Part shown: piece after piece, positions 25,232-38,047 of the stretch | How positions within the stretch are numbered: position 1 is the stretch's first letter | How the letters are laid out: each line of letters opens with the position of its first letter | DNA from: Octopus vulgaris | Lineage: Eukaryota | Direction: 5' to 3' | Assembly (NCBI GenBank): GCA_951406725.2 | Contig: OX597834.1 | Coordinates: 34,162,001-34,226,000 of the forward strand | DNA length: 64,000 nt | Program-made: the position numbers and the translations under genes | The notes under the pieces: generated by a model | The model's database searches: none | What the model was told of the DNA's origin: nothing | What the model saw: only the letters and a program-made list of their open reading frames with translations

Positions 25232-28200
25232 GGTAATTCTGTTAATAAAACCAGTTTACATATTTCTTTTGCATTCTCTTTTTTATAATTGTCATTTTAC
25301 TTGTAACTACACCTTTTTTTGTTTGAAAACCCATAAAAAATTATTTCTGAGTGGTTTTTGAGAGCTGGAACGGATTAATTATATTTTAGTTAATTTCAAT
25401 GGGGAAAATTGATTTGTAAAACGAGTAAATCATAAGATGAGCTCAGTCATGGAACAAATTAAACTTGTACTGCAAGGTATCACTGTATATGTATATAATG
25501 GGCTTCTTCCAGCTTCTGACCTGGTTGATAGAAACTGGAAGACTCTCAAGGCTTTGGTCATCATGAGACTTTAGCAGTGCTCTGCAAACATTTTCCATTT
25601 GCAGAGCACTTATACTCTTTTCAGAATTTTGCAGCATACCTGAACTAAAAATATAACTAAAAGTATAGGGGAAAAATTGTATTCAGATTAAACTGTGGCA
25701 CACCTAGCATGGTCTCATGGCACACCAGTTTGCACTCAATATTTCATATTTAGATTCAATTTCACTATTTCTACTTGGATATTGGTCCTACCTCAGATTC
25801 AAAATCGAATCTCCAATTTCCCCCGAGCCATATGGCCTATTGTTCTTTATGGCCAAACCACTGGATCAATCTGAACCAAATCTGGCATGAAGGTTTTTCA
25901 TTACTCAGGGAAGGTTTTGGTGGGGGAGCACACTAAATTTTAAATGTTTTTTTCAGAAACAGAAATATGGTTTACATACCAGTCGTATATGTCGGTTTTG
26001 TTTTTTCGCTTTAAAGGTAAACTATTCTGACAAAAGCAAACACAACCAAGATGTCTTGCAGCTAGATTGAACCCAAGGTCATATGGTTCAGAAGTAAACT
26101 TCTTGTCCGCACAGTGTATAAATATGTATGTGTGTTCGTGTGTATGAATAGGAACATATGTGTATGTAAGTTTTTAGGAAAAGTACAATGCCATGTGTGT
26201 GCATGTGTTACCAGTCATTTTAACTTTATCTCTTGTGCTGTATGAAGGATTGATATATGAAGGGGCACTGGCTTTAAGGGTGTCATGAAAGGCCTGGTTG
26301 GAAGCCTTCTAAGTTCTTTTACAGGGATTAGAAAAATTGATGGACCACTGCAATAATTGTGTGAATCTGAGAGGGGAATATGTTGAATTAACTGATCCTC
26401 CTGTATTTTCTTTTACCCAAAGCATGGAACTTTCCAGTACTCTCTTGTATTTACCTTCTTGTCCAACTATTTAACATAGCACCTTCATTTGTCTTGGATT
26501 TTTAGTTTCTCGTCCTTTCACTAGGTGATTTTCTGATCCTTCTCCACTGCCAAATCACCATCAGTTTCAGCTCTGGTTTTCTCACTATCAGATGAAGGGC
26601 AAAGGCAATAGAACCTCATTCTACAGTCCTCAAGGCCAATAAACTTTATATTGTCTGATTTTTGTCAGTGCAGACTATCACCAGTTTTCTTGGATTCTGA
26701 ATTTTACTCAATTTTAATATAATAGTTAATGAGGAGATACTTTAATTAAATGATATTGTATTGCCAAATTCAGAAACTTTTATACAGAACCAATTAATAT
26801 TTTTTGTGACTTGGCAAAGCAGATATATAAGAGTGTGTATATGAAGGTTGCTGTTGACTTGAAGCACATGTCTGAATGAATATGTGTGTATTTAAGCATG
26901 AATATATATATGAATTAAGATTCAGTTGAATTAGGTAATTAAATTGAGACACCTCGTTAGGTCAAAATAATATACCCAGACAATATTATTATGTAAATAT
27001 CAAACTTGGTATATAAGTACTTGCTGAATGATATTCATGCTGTGTATGTAGGCAATTAAACCCAGCTGAGTGAATAAATCCACTCTTGAGCTGTTCAGAC
27101 ATGTGCATTATATTAAATATACGGTCCATAATATTTACAAAGGACAGGTGAAGAAAATATAAATGAGTAACAGTAGAGATACAGGTACAAAGGACAGGTG
27201 AAGAAAATATAAATGAGTAACAGTAGAGGTACAGGTACATATGTTAAATCATTTTAAATGTCCTTTTTTTTTTTTTGAAAGTCATGAATTCATCTGATGA
27301 AAACAGTTTCTTTACAATGTTGTGATGCTTTTATAAATCAATTAAAAGAGTCGTTAGAAACAGGTGTAATGGATTGACACCTGTACCTCTACTGTTACTC
27401 TGTTATATATCTGTATATATAAAATCCTCTGTGTGGGTCAAATTTTGGCCCTTGCCCATATAGGGGTCTGTAGCCCCCCACCCCCATACGACTCTTCCAA
27501 ATTACTTTTGCAGTGGTATAATAGTTTCACTTTTATTATTTCACTTTTCTTTCTCTAATTGTTTCACTTTTATTCTTACTGTCTGTGTGTGTGTGTTTCC
27601 TCTATGTCACCTGCAAAAGTGTACTTTACATGTCACTGGCATGAATGCCTTTTACGTGTCACTTGCATGGGTACCTTCTACGTGTCACCAGCACGGGTGT
27701 CTTTTATGACACTGGTATGGGTGTTTTTTATGTGTCTGTCTCGTTTCTCTATTTCTTTCTTTCGTTGTTCGAAAAAATGTTCGTTTTCCATGTTTTTGCT
27801 TTTTTATGTTCTCATATTTCATTTTGTTCACGTTTTTTGATGTCCTGTACCCATATATGCATGTATATATACATATATATGTAGGTGTGTACATGTATGT
27901 TAGTATATATGCATATATATATATATATATATATGTATATAGTAACAACAATAATAAACAATGGATGGAATTTACAAATATTTTAATGCATCGCTACACA
28001 CGTTTCCCAGGAATATGGACTATGATCTTAAGAAACATGTAATTTGTGGAAATGTGTGTAGTGAAGCATTAAAATATTTATAAATTCTATCCAAGGATTA
28101 TTATTGTTATTGCTATATTTATCCTACATTATATCGGTACAGCTTGGTGCAACACCAAATAACTGGTATTGCCAGTTGTCATCATTAGGCTGCAGCCAGT

Positions 28201-28261
28201 GTAATACAATACAAACTTTTATATGCATATTCAAAATATTTCTTGTATACTCTCTCTCTCT

Positions 28262-28665
28262 CTCTTTTACTCTTTTACCTGTTTCAGTCATTTGACTGCG
28301 CCCATGCTGGAGCACCGCCTTTAATCGAGCAACTCGACCCCGGGACTTGTTCTTTTGTAAGCCCAGTACTTATTCTATTGGTCTCTTTTGCCGAACCGCT
28401 AAGTAACGGGGACATAAACACACCAGCATCGGTTGTCAAGCAATGCTAGGGGACAAACACAGACACACAAACATACACACGCACACACGCATATATACAT
28501 ATATACGAGGGGCTTCTTTCAGTTTCCGTCTACCAAATCCACTCACAAGGCTTTGGTTGGCCGAGGCTATAGTAGAAGACACTTGCCCAAGGTGCCACGC
28601 AGTGGAACTGAACCCGGAACCATGTGGTTGGTAGACAAGCTACTTACCACACAGCCACCCCTGCA
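28262..28665 (-). mobile_element. SINE family 1, full length
   Basis: Reverse complement of the family 1 sequence. Confidence 0.85.
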
Positions 28666-29925
28666 CCTATATGAATTTAAAAGATATATATGTGTGTGTA
28701 TGTGTGTGTTCCTTACCACTGCTTGACAACTGGTGACAGTGTGTTTACATGCTCTGAACTTAATGGCTGAGCAAAAGAGACCAATAGAATAAGTAGCTGG
28801 CTTAAAAAGAATAAGTACTTGGGTCAATTTGTTTGACTAAAATTCTTCAAGGTGGTGCCCCAGCATGACCACAGCCTAATAACTGAAACAAGTAAATGAT
28901 GAAAGATATATAAAGCAAAAAAGATAGCTCAATGTGGCCAGTGGCATATACAAGGTGTCCCCAAAGTCACTGATGGGTTTCAATTTTTAATAACTTCCTT
29001 AACTTTCAAATAAATGCATGGAAGTTTGATACAATATAAAGGACATAATGGAAATTAATATGCACAAGTCAAATTTTGCAACACCACTACATCACATATG
29101 CAAAATGACATCGCTTAAATGGCAGCCGTTTTTGGCTTTTCATGCCTGTGCTCTTTCCAAAACTTGCACCATAACACCATCAAGAATTTCAGACCTTACT
29201 TTTGTGATTTCTCTATCGATTTTCTCTGGCATGAGGCTTTGGCAGGTCCACCGTTACATTAGAAGACAATTATCCAAGGTACCATACAGTGGGACTGAAC
29301 CTGAAATCATGTAGTTGTGAAGCAAACTTCTTAACCACACAGCTACACCTGTGAATATTATTTATGTATGTTACTACTATCTCCCCCCCCCCCCACACAC
29401 ACACAATCAGGTTCTGCTCAGCTTCTATCAATCAGATTATCTAATTCCATTTCCAAGTTATTGGTCAGCAGCGCAGTGGGATTGAACCAAGAACCACATG
29501 GTTGTCAGGTTGTCAGGTTACCTTCTTAACTACAAAACTATGCCCCACAAATACAGTTTGAAAGATTATTTTTTAGTTTACAAGTGTGACTTCAACTATT
29601 TGCTTGTTTATTTCATTTTATCATTTATTTAATTTAATTAGGGTTAGGGTTGGTGTGGTCTTTTGAATAAATCTGTCAAGAATGTGTGTGTGACCCCACA
29701 CTGACAGGTTTGATAATTTGATAAAACAATGTCTCTGTAGATTAACTTTTAATCTACTTCATCCTTTTATGTTTGACCAATTTGTATTGTAATTTTAAAT
29801 ATAACAAGCTGATAAAGAGAATATATGTCCGTCTTTTCAACTGAGTTTATGTCTGTATTTGTGCTCAACAATGAATTAGCCAAACGCATATTTGCTCTTC
29901 TTTTTCAACTCATTGTTTGTTTGTT

Positions 29926-29960
<35 letters not shown>

Positions 29961-30668
29961 TGGACTCTCCCATGGAAGACAACATATGAGAGTTCGGTTT
30001 TTATCAGTTGACCTGCACAAATGATCTGTTGATAATGATCAAATGTTCATGCTGCACATTAGCTCACTCTCTCCACCAAGTCAACATTACCTGAACACGT
30101 GCCCTGCATACCACATGTCAGGTGTCAAAGTGATTGTAGTTCAATGTGAGGTGAAATATTTTGCTCAAGAACACAACACACCACCTTGTTTAGGAAGTGA
30201 AACCATGATCTCACAATTCTGAGTGCAACATCCAGCACCCTAACCACTAGGACACACACGCACGCTCGCACGCACACACACATACACACACACACACACA
30301 CACACAGATATATACATATACATACATACACATAATTATTCATAAATTAGCGATCATGCTGACGATCTACAGATTCCAAATTAGTATATTTGGCAATTAA
30401 TAGCAAATCTCGAGTTTGGGATTAACAGATTCATTTTTTTGTTTGTTCTGGTATTATAACGGCTTACATCATGAATTCTTTTTTTTCGTGGTTTGGGTTT
30501 TGACTGCCCTTTCTAGCATGTCAAAGGTCCTGTCAAAGGTCTCCTCTCTGTGTTTAAAGATATTTTATACACTCTTATATTTAAAAAAGAAAAAAACATG
30601 TTATGTCTTTTATTTACACATGCTAACCACTGGTAATAAATTATTTATTACCCTCATATTCAGAATAG

Positions 30669-30700
<32 letters not shown>

Positions 30701-30776
30701 ATCCAAACAAGAAAGCACAACAACGCGAGGACGTGGAACAAATATAGTATTATTGGACGCTCAGGAAAGAAGGAGG

Positions 30777-30811
30777 GTTTAACGTTTCGAGCGGAGCTCT
30801 TCGTCGGAAAC
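30777..30811 (-). ncRNA. Minimal type I hammerhead ribozyme-like motif (Penelope-type)
   Basis: Minus strand GUUU-CCGACGA-A-GAGC ucc GCUC-GAAA-CGUU-AAAC: core with a U4C change, 4-bp stems I and II, palindromic loop-less stem III. Confidence 0.55.
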
Positions 30812-31048
30812 ATAGGAGAAGGAAAGATCCAGAGAAGGGAAGACAGAGGGAAAAAAATCGCCAACGGTACACATGCGGTCACAATCCTAGCTGTTTTCTC
30901 TGCCTTTAGTCGAACAAATCACCTAGTACTTACTCTACCGGTCCCTTTTGCTGAATTGCTAAGTTACAGGGACATAAACACACCAACACCGATTGTCAAG
31001 TAGTGGTGGCTGGACAAACACAGGTACAAAGACACACATATGTGCATG

Positions 31049-31080
<32 letters not shown>

Positions 31081-31124
31081 ATGATATTTTGATAAATTAA
31101 AATTGTTTTTGTTTTCATTTTCAG

Positions 31125-31408
31125 ATGCTAATTCATTTCTAGTTAAAGAGCGGAATATTATGGTGGCAAATGTTATCCGAATAAACAAGTTGGTGTTTTT
31201 ATTTCTTGGGTTTATTGGTGTTGTTATTGTCTACTTCTTAATCAATTTAAATCCAGTAGACATGAGTTCAGAACACACGTCTAGCAAGCTTCACAAAAGA
31301 GTTACATGGCACAACCAGGCCTTCGTTAATGTCCCGTCAGAAGTTGTTGAGGCAGCGAAATCCATAAATGTAAATTCTGAAGTGATTGAAATGGTATACC
31401 AGTCTGAG
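31125..31408 (+). CDS. ABHD14A: ABHD14A-like exon encoding the N-terminal signal anchor
   Basis: Acceptor ttttcattttcag, donor GAG|gtaagc. From ATG 31160: MVANVIRINKLVFLFLGFIGVVIVYFLINLNP (hydrophobic TM)...EMVYQSE. Phase 0 joins the next exon. Confidence 0.8.
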
Positions 31409-31579
31409 GTAAGCGATCATTGAACTGCATTGATTTGGAGATACGGAAATGAGATTTGGTGACTTTCATTCCTTTCTTAAAATGTACATGCCGCCTTGGG
31501 CAAGTGTCTTCTACTATAGCCTTGGGCTGACCAAAGCTTTGTGAGTGGATTTGGTAGATAGAAACTGAAAGAAGCTTCA

Positions 31580-31641
<62 letters not shown>

Positions 31642-32627
31642 ATGTATATATATATTAGAAGGTTTGGAGATGATGTACAGGTATTTCATATTAGAAGAAA
31701 TGAGGTACTCAGAAATTCGGATGGTTTTATATTTACAGATATTTATTTGTATATTACATGGTTTTATACATCATATAACTTATATCATATATCATATATT
31801 AGTGCTTTCGTCCATTCTGGTGGATTTTTCAAATTGAACTAAGTTCCTGTGGAAAAATTTTGACCATTGTTATAGTGTTATTGAGTGTGTAGTGGTGTGG
31901 AGGGATATAAGATAGTACAAGAGGGTGATGAATGGGGAGAAAGTGAGAGAGAGCATGTGTGTGTGTGTGTGTGTCTGTCAGATACAAACACACACACATG
32001 CATACACACACATACACACACACACACATACACACACATAATCATTAACCTTGCCTAGGGCCTACATATATAGGTGCAGATACATGGTCAGCCCTGACTG
32101 ATAGAAGCCCTTAGAATCAATATTGTTAATATCAGGTGACAGTATGGTTGTGTGGGTAAGAAGCTTGGTTCCCAACCACATAGTTTCAAGTTCAATCCCA
32201 TTGCACTATGTGTTACATTGTGCAAGTATCTGCTAGTATAACCCCAGGCCAACCAAAGCCTTGTGGGTTGATTTGGTAACTGATAGAAGCCCATTGCATA
32301 TGTATACATATGTATTAGCCAAAGCATGTGCTGGTTGAGCAGTCCTCACTGATCTCTACAGAATAGATGAAACTAGACTTCTGATCTGAGGATTTTCATG
32401 TCGGCATGGAGCAGTTGCCTCCCTTGTCAGCATGTCTGCATCTGTGTTCTTCCTACAGCATTAAGAGTATTTCAGCTCTTATTTCTAGCAATGTAGGTGT
32501 GTTGGCACCCTTAGTCAAACTTAGTGATGAATGAATATTTCCTTTATGGTATCACATTGCACCTAGTTGTTTATATTCATTGAAAGTTTCCAGTCTCACA
32601 CCATTACATGTATTGTTTTATAAGTAA

Positions 32628-33231
32628 CTAGCAGTATCGCCCGGCGTTGCTCGGGTTTGTAAGGGAAATAACTATATAAGCATTTTTAGAGAGTTATAGC
32701 CAAAAAATAGCAAAATAAATGCATTAAAAATGGAAAAAAAAATATGGTAAATTTTTTTTAAAATCGTTGACTCATCATAGACATTTTTAGAGAGTTACTT
32801 CCTTTATATAATAGCGAAAAAAATGCATTAAAATGGAAAAAAATTATGGTAAATTTTTTTTTAAATCGTAGACTCATCGTAGATATTTTTAGAGAGTTAC
32901 TTCCTTTATATAATAGCGAAAAAAATGCATTAAAATGGAAAAAAATTATGGTAAATTTTTTTTTAAATCGTAGACTCATCGTAGATATTTTTAGAGAGTT
33001 ACTTCCTTTATATAATAGCGAAAAAAATGCATTAAAATGGAAAAAAATTATGGTAAATTTTTTTTTAAATCGTAGACTCATTGTAGATGCACGCTAATAC
33101 CCAGAAGGGCTCGATATGAATCACGACTATAAGATACCCGGTTTTGGTTAAACTGTACCGCAAAATGTGGGAGTAGTTAGGAATTTAAATCGGAGTAGAC
33201 AGACACACAACCTTACTTTTATATATAAAGA
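32628..33231 (-). mobile_element. Non-autonomous Helitron with internal 102-bp tandem array
   Basis: Minus strand begins A|TC and ends with hairpin cccgagcaacgccggg followed by CTAG|T, with no TSD. About 4 copies of a 102-bp unit at ~32680-33090. Confidence 0.8.
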
Positions 33232-33330
33232 TTACATAACTAAATATGACCCAGCAGCAGCTGTGTCCTGGCACTTCATCAGGTAGATTGCCTTTAAAGC
33301 ACTGCAGGATTGTGTTCAGTCTCCTCTCTT

Positions 33331-33557
33331 TTAACCCTTTAGTATTTAAACCGGCCATATCCGGCCAAAATATTTAATCTGTTTTATGTTCAAACTGATC
33401 AGATCCAGACCCTCATACCTACCCTACAATGTTATTCTACATTAGGTAATTACACCATCAAGATCTTGAAGATATGAGATAATGCATGATTAATTCAAAT
33501 CAATGTGAATCAATAAGCATTATGTTTGATAGAATAATCAGAACACTAAAGGGTTAA
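33331..33557 (+). mobile_element. piggyBac-type MITE, family B
   Basis: ttaaCCCTTTTAGT ... ACTAAAGGGttaa. Confidence 0.85.
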
Positions 33558-35240
33558 AGGCCTTTGCATAATTAGCTTTCTTTCTTTACCGAGTAACTCG
33601 TAGATGCATATCTGGTTGTGTGTGTGTGTGTGTGTGTTTGTTAGTTGTGTATGTTTGTGTTATCTTGTCTTGACATTGCAAGTGTGTGCTGTTACAGAAT
33701 GTCACTCATTTCCAATATTCTGCGTAAACATGCCTGGTCACGGGAAATATTTACCTTCCTTGGAAACAGGTAAAGGTTGGTGACAGGAAGAGTATTTGGT
33801 TGTAGAAAGTCTACCTCAATAAACTCTGCCCAACCCATGCAAGCATAGAAAATTGGATATTAAAACTACGACGATGATGACTGTCAATATTCATCATCAT
33901 CATCATTTTAATGTCTACATTTCCATGCTTGTATGATTTACATGGAATTTTTTGAAGTAGATTTCCTACAGCTGCTTGTAATATTTATCTGACAATAGCT
34001 TCCTGTGTATCATACTTAATGTATATACACCATTGATAAGCCAAATGTTATTAATGTTCAGTTCTGTTAAAATTGCCTGATAATATAACACATCATCCTC
34101 ATCCTTATCATCATCACTTAATGTCCCCTTTTCCTTGCTGGTGTGTGTTGGATGGTTCAGCATGAACTGACAAGCCAAATGTCTTCACTGAGTTAGAATA
34201 TCTTCTTTGGTATGCTTTCTATGGCAAGATGCCCTTCCTAATGCCAACCACTTTACAGAATGTAGAAAGGGTGCTTCTTTGTTTTGTGGCACCAGCATTG
34301 GTGAGGTCATCAACTATTCAGGTATATTCAATGACTCACTGCACATCAGGCATAGACACTGAGTCTCTACACCAGTGGGTCTGAGACCCCTTAGGGGATT
34401 GCGAAGCGATTTTAAGGGGACCTCAAAGGGACACTGAAGTATTGTGAAATCGGGGTTGCTTGAGACAGTTAAATTTAAAGATTATAAGACTTTCAATTTT
34501 TCGCATGCTATCATCCCTTTTTGTCGTTGGCCTCAAAAACCCACACCACTCCTACACACTCATTTGCTAATCATGCTTGTTGTACAAGTGTGACTGGCCA
34601 GTAGAAAAAATGTGGGTATAATGGTTGACCGTGCATGTGCTGTCGGTATTTTTCGTTTCTTATTTGTTTTGTAACCAATTGATCAACTGTTTCCCCATAT
34701 TTTCATGTGCTTTTATTGTATTTATTGCCTGGATTAAGTTGTGGTTTTTTGGGGGTTGCCGGTCTATAGGTAGTGTGTTTCAAAGTCTGGAAATTACGGT
34801 ATATGAATACATGTCATTTTTTTTCCATGCTGGTTATCCTGCATTTTATAAGGGACCGAGAATCATTGAGAAAACTGTAAGGAGACCAGCAGGTAAAATT
34901 TTTTGGAAAGCTTGAGAACCACTGCTCTACATAGACATTGAACTATCACTCCCCCACCACCACCACCACTGACATCACTATCACTGCCACCACCAACAGC
35001 AACACCATGCCAACATTGCCATCACCACCACCATCATCACCACACTTACACACATAAGACATAGACACTAACACACTGCTACCACCACACACACACACTC
35101 ACACATGTACATACATGCTCATAGACACTTCCATCCTATTGTCACCACCCCTTATACTCTACCTCTTGATAGAGTACCTTTACTTGCTAATCCTGTACCT
35201 TTAATTGCTAATCACATTTACCTTTCTGCCGTTTCCACAG

Positions 35241-35403
35241 AACATTGTCATATCCACAAGGGAGGCAGTTCCAAAGAAGTTGCCAACAATGGAGGTTCTC
35301 TTGTTGCATGGTGCTGCATTCAGTTCACAGAACTGGCAGGACATTGGCACACTTCAGTTCCTTGCTGCAGCTGGCTACCAGGCAGTTGCAATCGATCTTC
35401 CAG
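35241..35403 (+). CDS. ABHD14A: ABHD14A-like coding exon
   Basis: Acceptor ttccacag, donor gtaaca. Encodes ...[38 protein letters not shown], the ABHD14 motif LLHG..FSS..W...[16 protein letters not shown]. Confidence 0.93.
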
Positions 35404-36339
35404 GTAACAGTGCTTTATTTTCTTATATTGTTGCTATTATGCAAAAGTGTTGTAAGTCCAAAGCATTGCTTTTTCAGAAAACGAGAAAATAGTTTCACCA
35501 TTCCAAAGCAAAACTGTTGTGCTACACTTTGACAATTTTTGATATCTTGGCATCTGAAGCAACTGGAATAGTTTGACCAAAAGATCTGGGTATTGCAAGC
35601 GAAAATAAATATTGAAAAAAACCCATTTGGTCAAATTTGTGATTTAGAATGGTGGACAAGGACGAAGTGTTGTACAAAATATAGCCTTAGGGCCAAGTAT
35701 GTTTATTTACAATACATTTTTTTCATCTATTATATATATATCGGTGCTATTATGCAAAAGTGTTGTAAGTCTAAAAAGTTGCCTTTTCACAAAACGAAAA
35801 AATAGTTTCACCATTCCATAGCAAAACCGTTGTATTACACTTTGACAATTTTTGATATCTTGGCGTCTGAAGCAGCTGGAGATACGATAGTTTGACCAAA
35901 AGAACCAGCTATTGCAAGTGAAAATAAATATTGAGAAAAAGCACATTTCACCAAATTTGGACATACAACAGTTTAACAAAATAGCAATGATAGGTACTTG
36001 TTTTTATTTATTTGATGTTTCAGTCTCTCTCTTTGTTTTATCTTTTACTTGTTTGACTCGTTGGACTGTGGACAAATGGGGTCACCACTTTCAAGGGTTT
36101 AGTTGAACAAATCCAACCCAGGGCTTGTTTTTTTGAAAGTCTCAATTATTCTGTCAGATACTTTTGCTAAATTGCTAAGTTATAAGGATGTAAATGAACC
36201 ATCATTTGTTGTCAGCTGGTGGTGGGGACAAACACACAAATGCAGACACACACACTCATGCATATACATACATGCACACCCACATGCAGACACACACACA
36301 CTCATGCATACACATGCAGATATAAACACACACACATAC

Positions 36340-36540
36340 ATGTTACAATGGTTTGGATATATGATGCATATGAATGAAGACAGCTGTGCAAAGACATACT
36401 GATCGTTTAGAATGGATAGCACATGAGGACAAAGGAGACTCAGGAATGTATGAGATGCAGTGGTAAGGGCTGATCTCAAGATATTGGGCCTCATGGAGGA
36501 GATAACAGTGGACCAATATGAGGTTCTTGAGAAGACTCAC
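36340..36540 (+). mobile_element. Degenerate RTE LINE ORF C-terminus
   Basis: LQWFGYMMHMNEDSCAK resembles RTE LRWFGHV.RM. Confidence 0.6.
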
Positions 36541-37207
36541 CCACCTCAGTGGAACTGAGTTCTGGAAATGTTGTGTATTTCATCCAAGCAGTGTTGTGCT
36601 TTGCCTCAGTCCACTCATCTGTAAATGTGTAACCTTGCAATTAAACTGGTTTCCCATTTAGGGGAAATGTTGTGTTCTCAGTCATTTATATGCTATTGAA
36701 ACCAGAGAAATTGAGACAGTAATCATCATCATCATTTAACATCTGTTGTCCATGCTGGCATGAGTTGGACAGTTTGACCAGGGCTGGTAAGTTGAAGGGT
36801 TGCACCAGACTCCAGTTTGACTTGGTCTGGTTTCTATGGCTGGATGCCCTTCCCAATGCCTACCACTTTGAGAGTATAATGGGTGCTTCTATGTGCCACT
36901 GGCACGGGTGTCAGTTTGTATGACACCAGTATCTGCCACAACTACAGTTTCATTTGGCTTGATGGGTCTTTTTCTCAAGTATTGCATATTGCCAAAAGTC
37001 TCGGTCATTTGTCATTGCCTCCATGAGGCAATGTAGTAAAGAAAAGAAATATTCTACACTAATTTTCTTGCCCCTATAATAACTACACCCTATTTTCTTT
37101 ATAAGTGTCTTCACTTCTATATTTACTACACTAATTAATCAACCTCTCCCCACTTGTGCAATAGAATATTTAAACTAACCCCAGTTGATTATAAATTCTC
37201 GTTGCAG

Positions 37208-37443
37208 GTAAAGGCAAAAGTACAAAGATTTCAGTCGCTGATGGCGGTGATTTCCTTGACAAAGTAATTGATTTGCTGGATATGAACAACCCTGTTATCA
37301 TCAGCCCTTCCATGAGTGGCATGTACTCCTTACCATTTTTGATGGATTCCGCTGGCAAACGGTTGAAAAGTTCAATTGGCTATGTTCCAATTGCTCCAGT
37401 GTTCACAGAAAAGTATACCAAAATGGAGTATTCAAAGTTAAAG
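37208..37443 (+). CDS. ABHD14A: ABHD14A-like exon with the nucleophile motif
   Basis: Encodes ...NPVIISPSMSGMYSLPFL...GYVPIAPVFTEKY; SxSxS nucleophile elbow diagnostic of ABHD14. Canonical splice sites, phases 1 and 0. Confidence 0.94.
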
Positions 37444-38047
37444 GTAAAAAAATACAAATTTCCCTGATATTATTCTTGTTTAGTTAACCCCAAGTCAAAT
37501 CCTGATGGTGCTGAGAAACCAGTGGTCATGTTGTGAGATTTAAAAATAGTAATTTTAATCTCGTCTGTAACCCTGGAACTGTAACTTTTCAATGTGAAGA
37601 AGTAGCAACTTGACCCGGACAGATACCTTGATCTCTGAGCTATCCACCCTGTTGAATGTTATTCCAGAGATCCTTTGGGGAAACCCCATTCTGGTTGCTT
37701 GTATTTGCAGTCGTACATACAAAACACTGCTTAGCATTTTGCCCAACGTGCTAACAATTCTGCCAGCTTGCTGCCCATTTTAAAATATTGGTTTCAAATT
37801 TTGGCTCAAGGCCAGCAGTTTTGGGGGAGGGGGTAATGCAAAAATATATAATAAATGACTAAGCTACTTTTCCTAATTTCAGATTCCAATAATCCTTATT
37901 TGTAGTTTCCTTTAGGAATTAAGGGTCAAGACACTTGCTTGATGGTTGCAGGGGGTTTCTTCTCCAAGGGCCTTCTGCTGTTCAGCATTCCCTAGAGTTT
38001 CAAAAATATATAAATAACTAAAGTAATTTTTCCTTTCCTAATTTCAG

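Noticed and set aside
32680-33090. Regular repeats resembling a CRISPR array or repeat protein
   Set aside because: No unique spacers, eukaryotic context, and the array lies inside Helitron termini.
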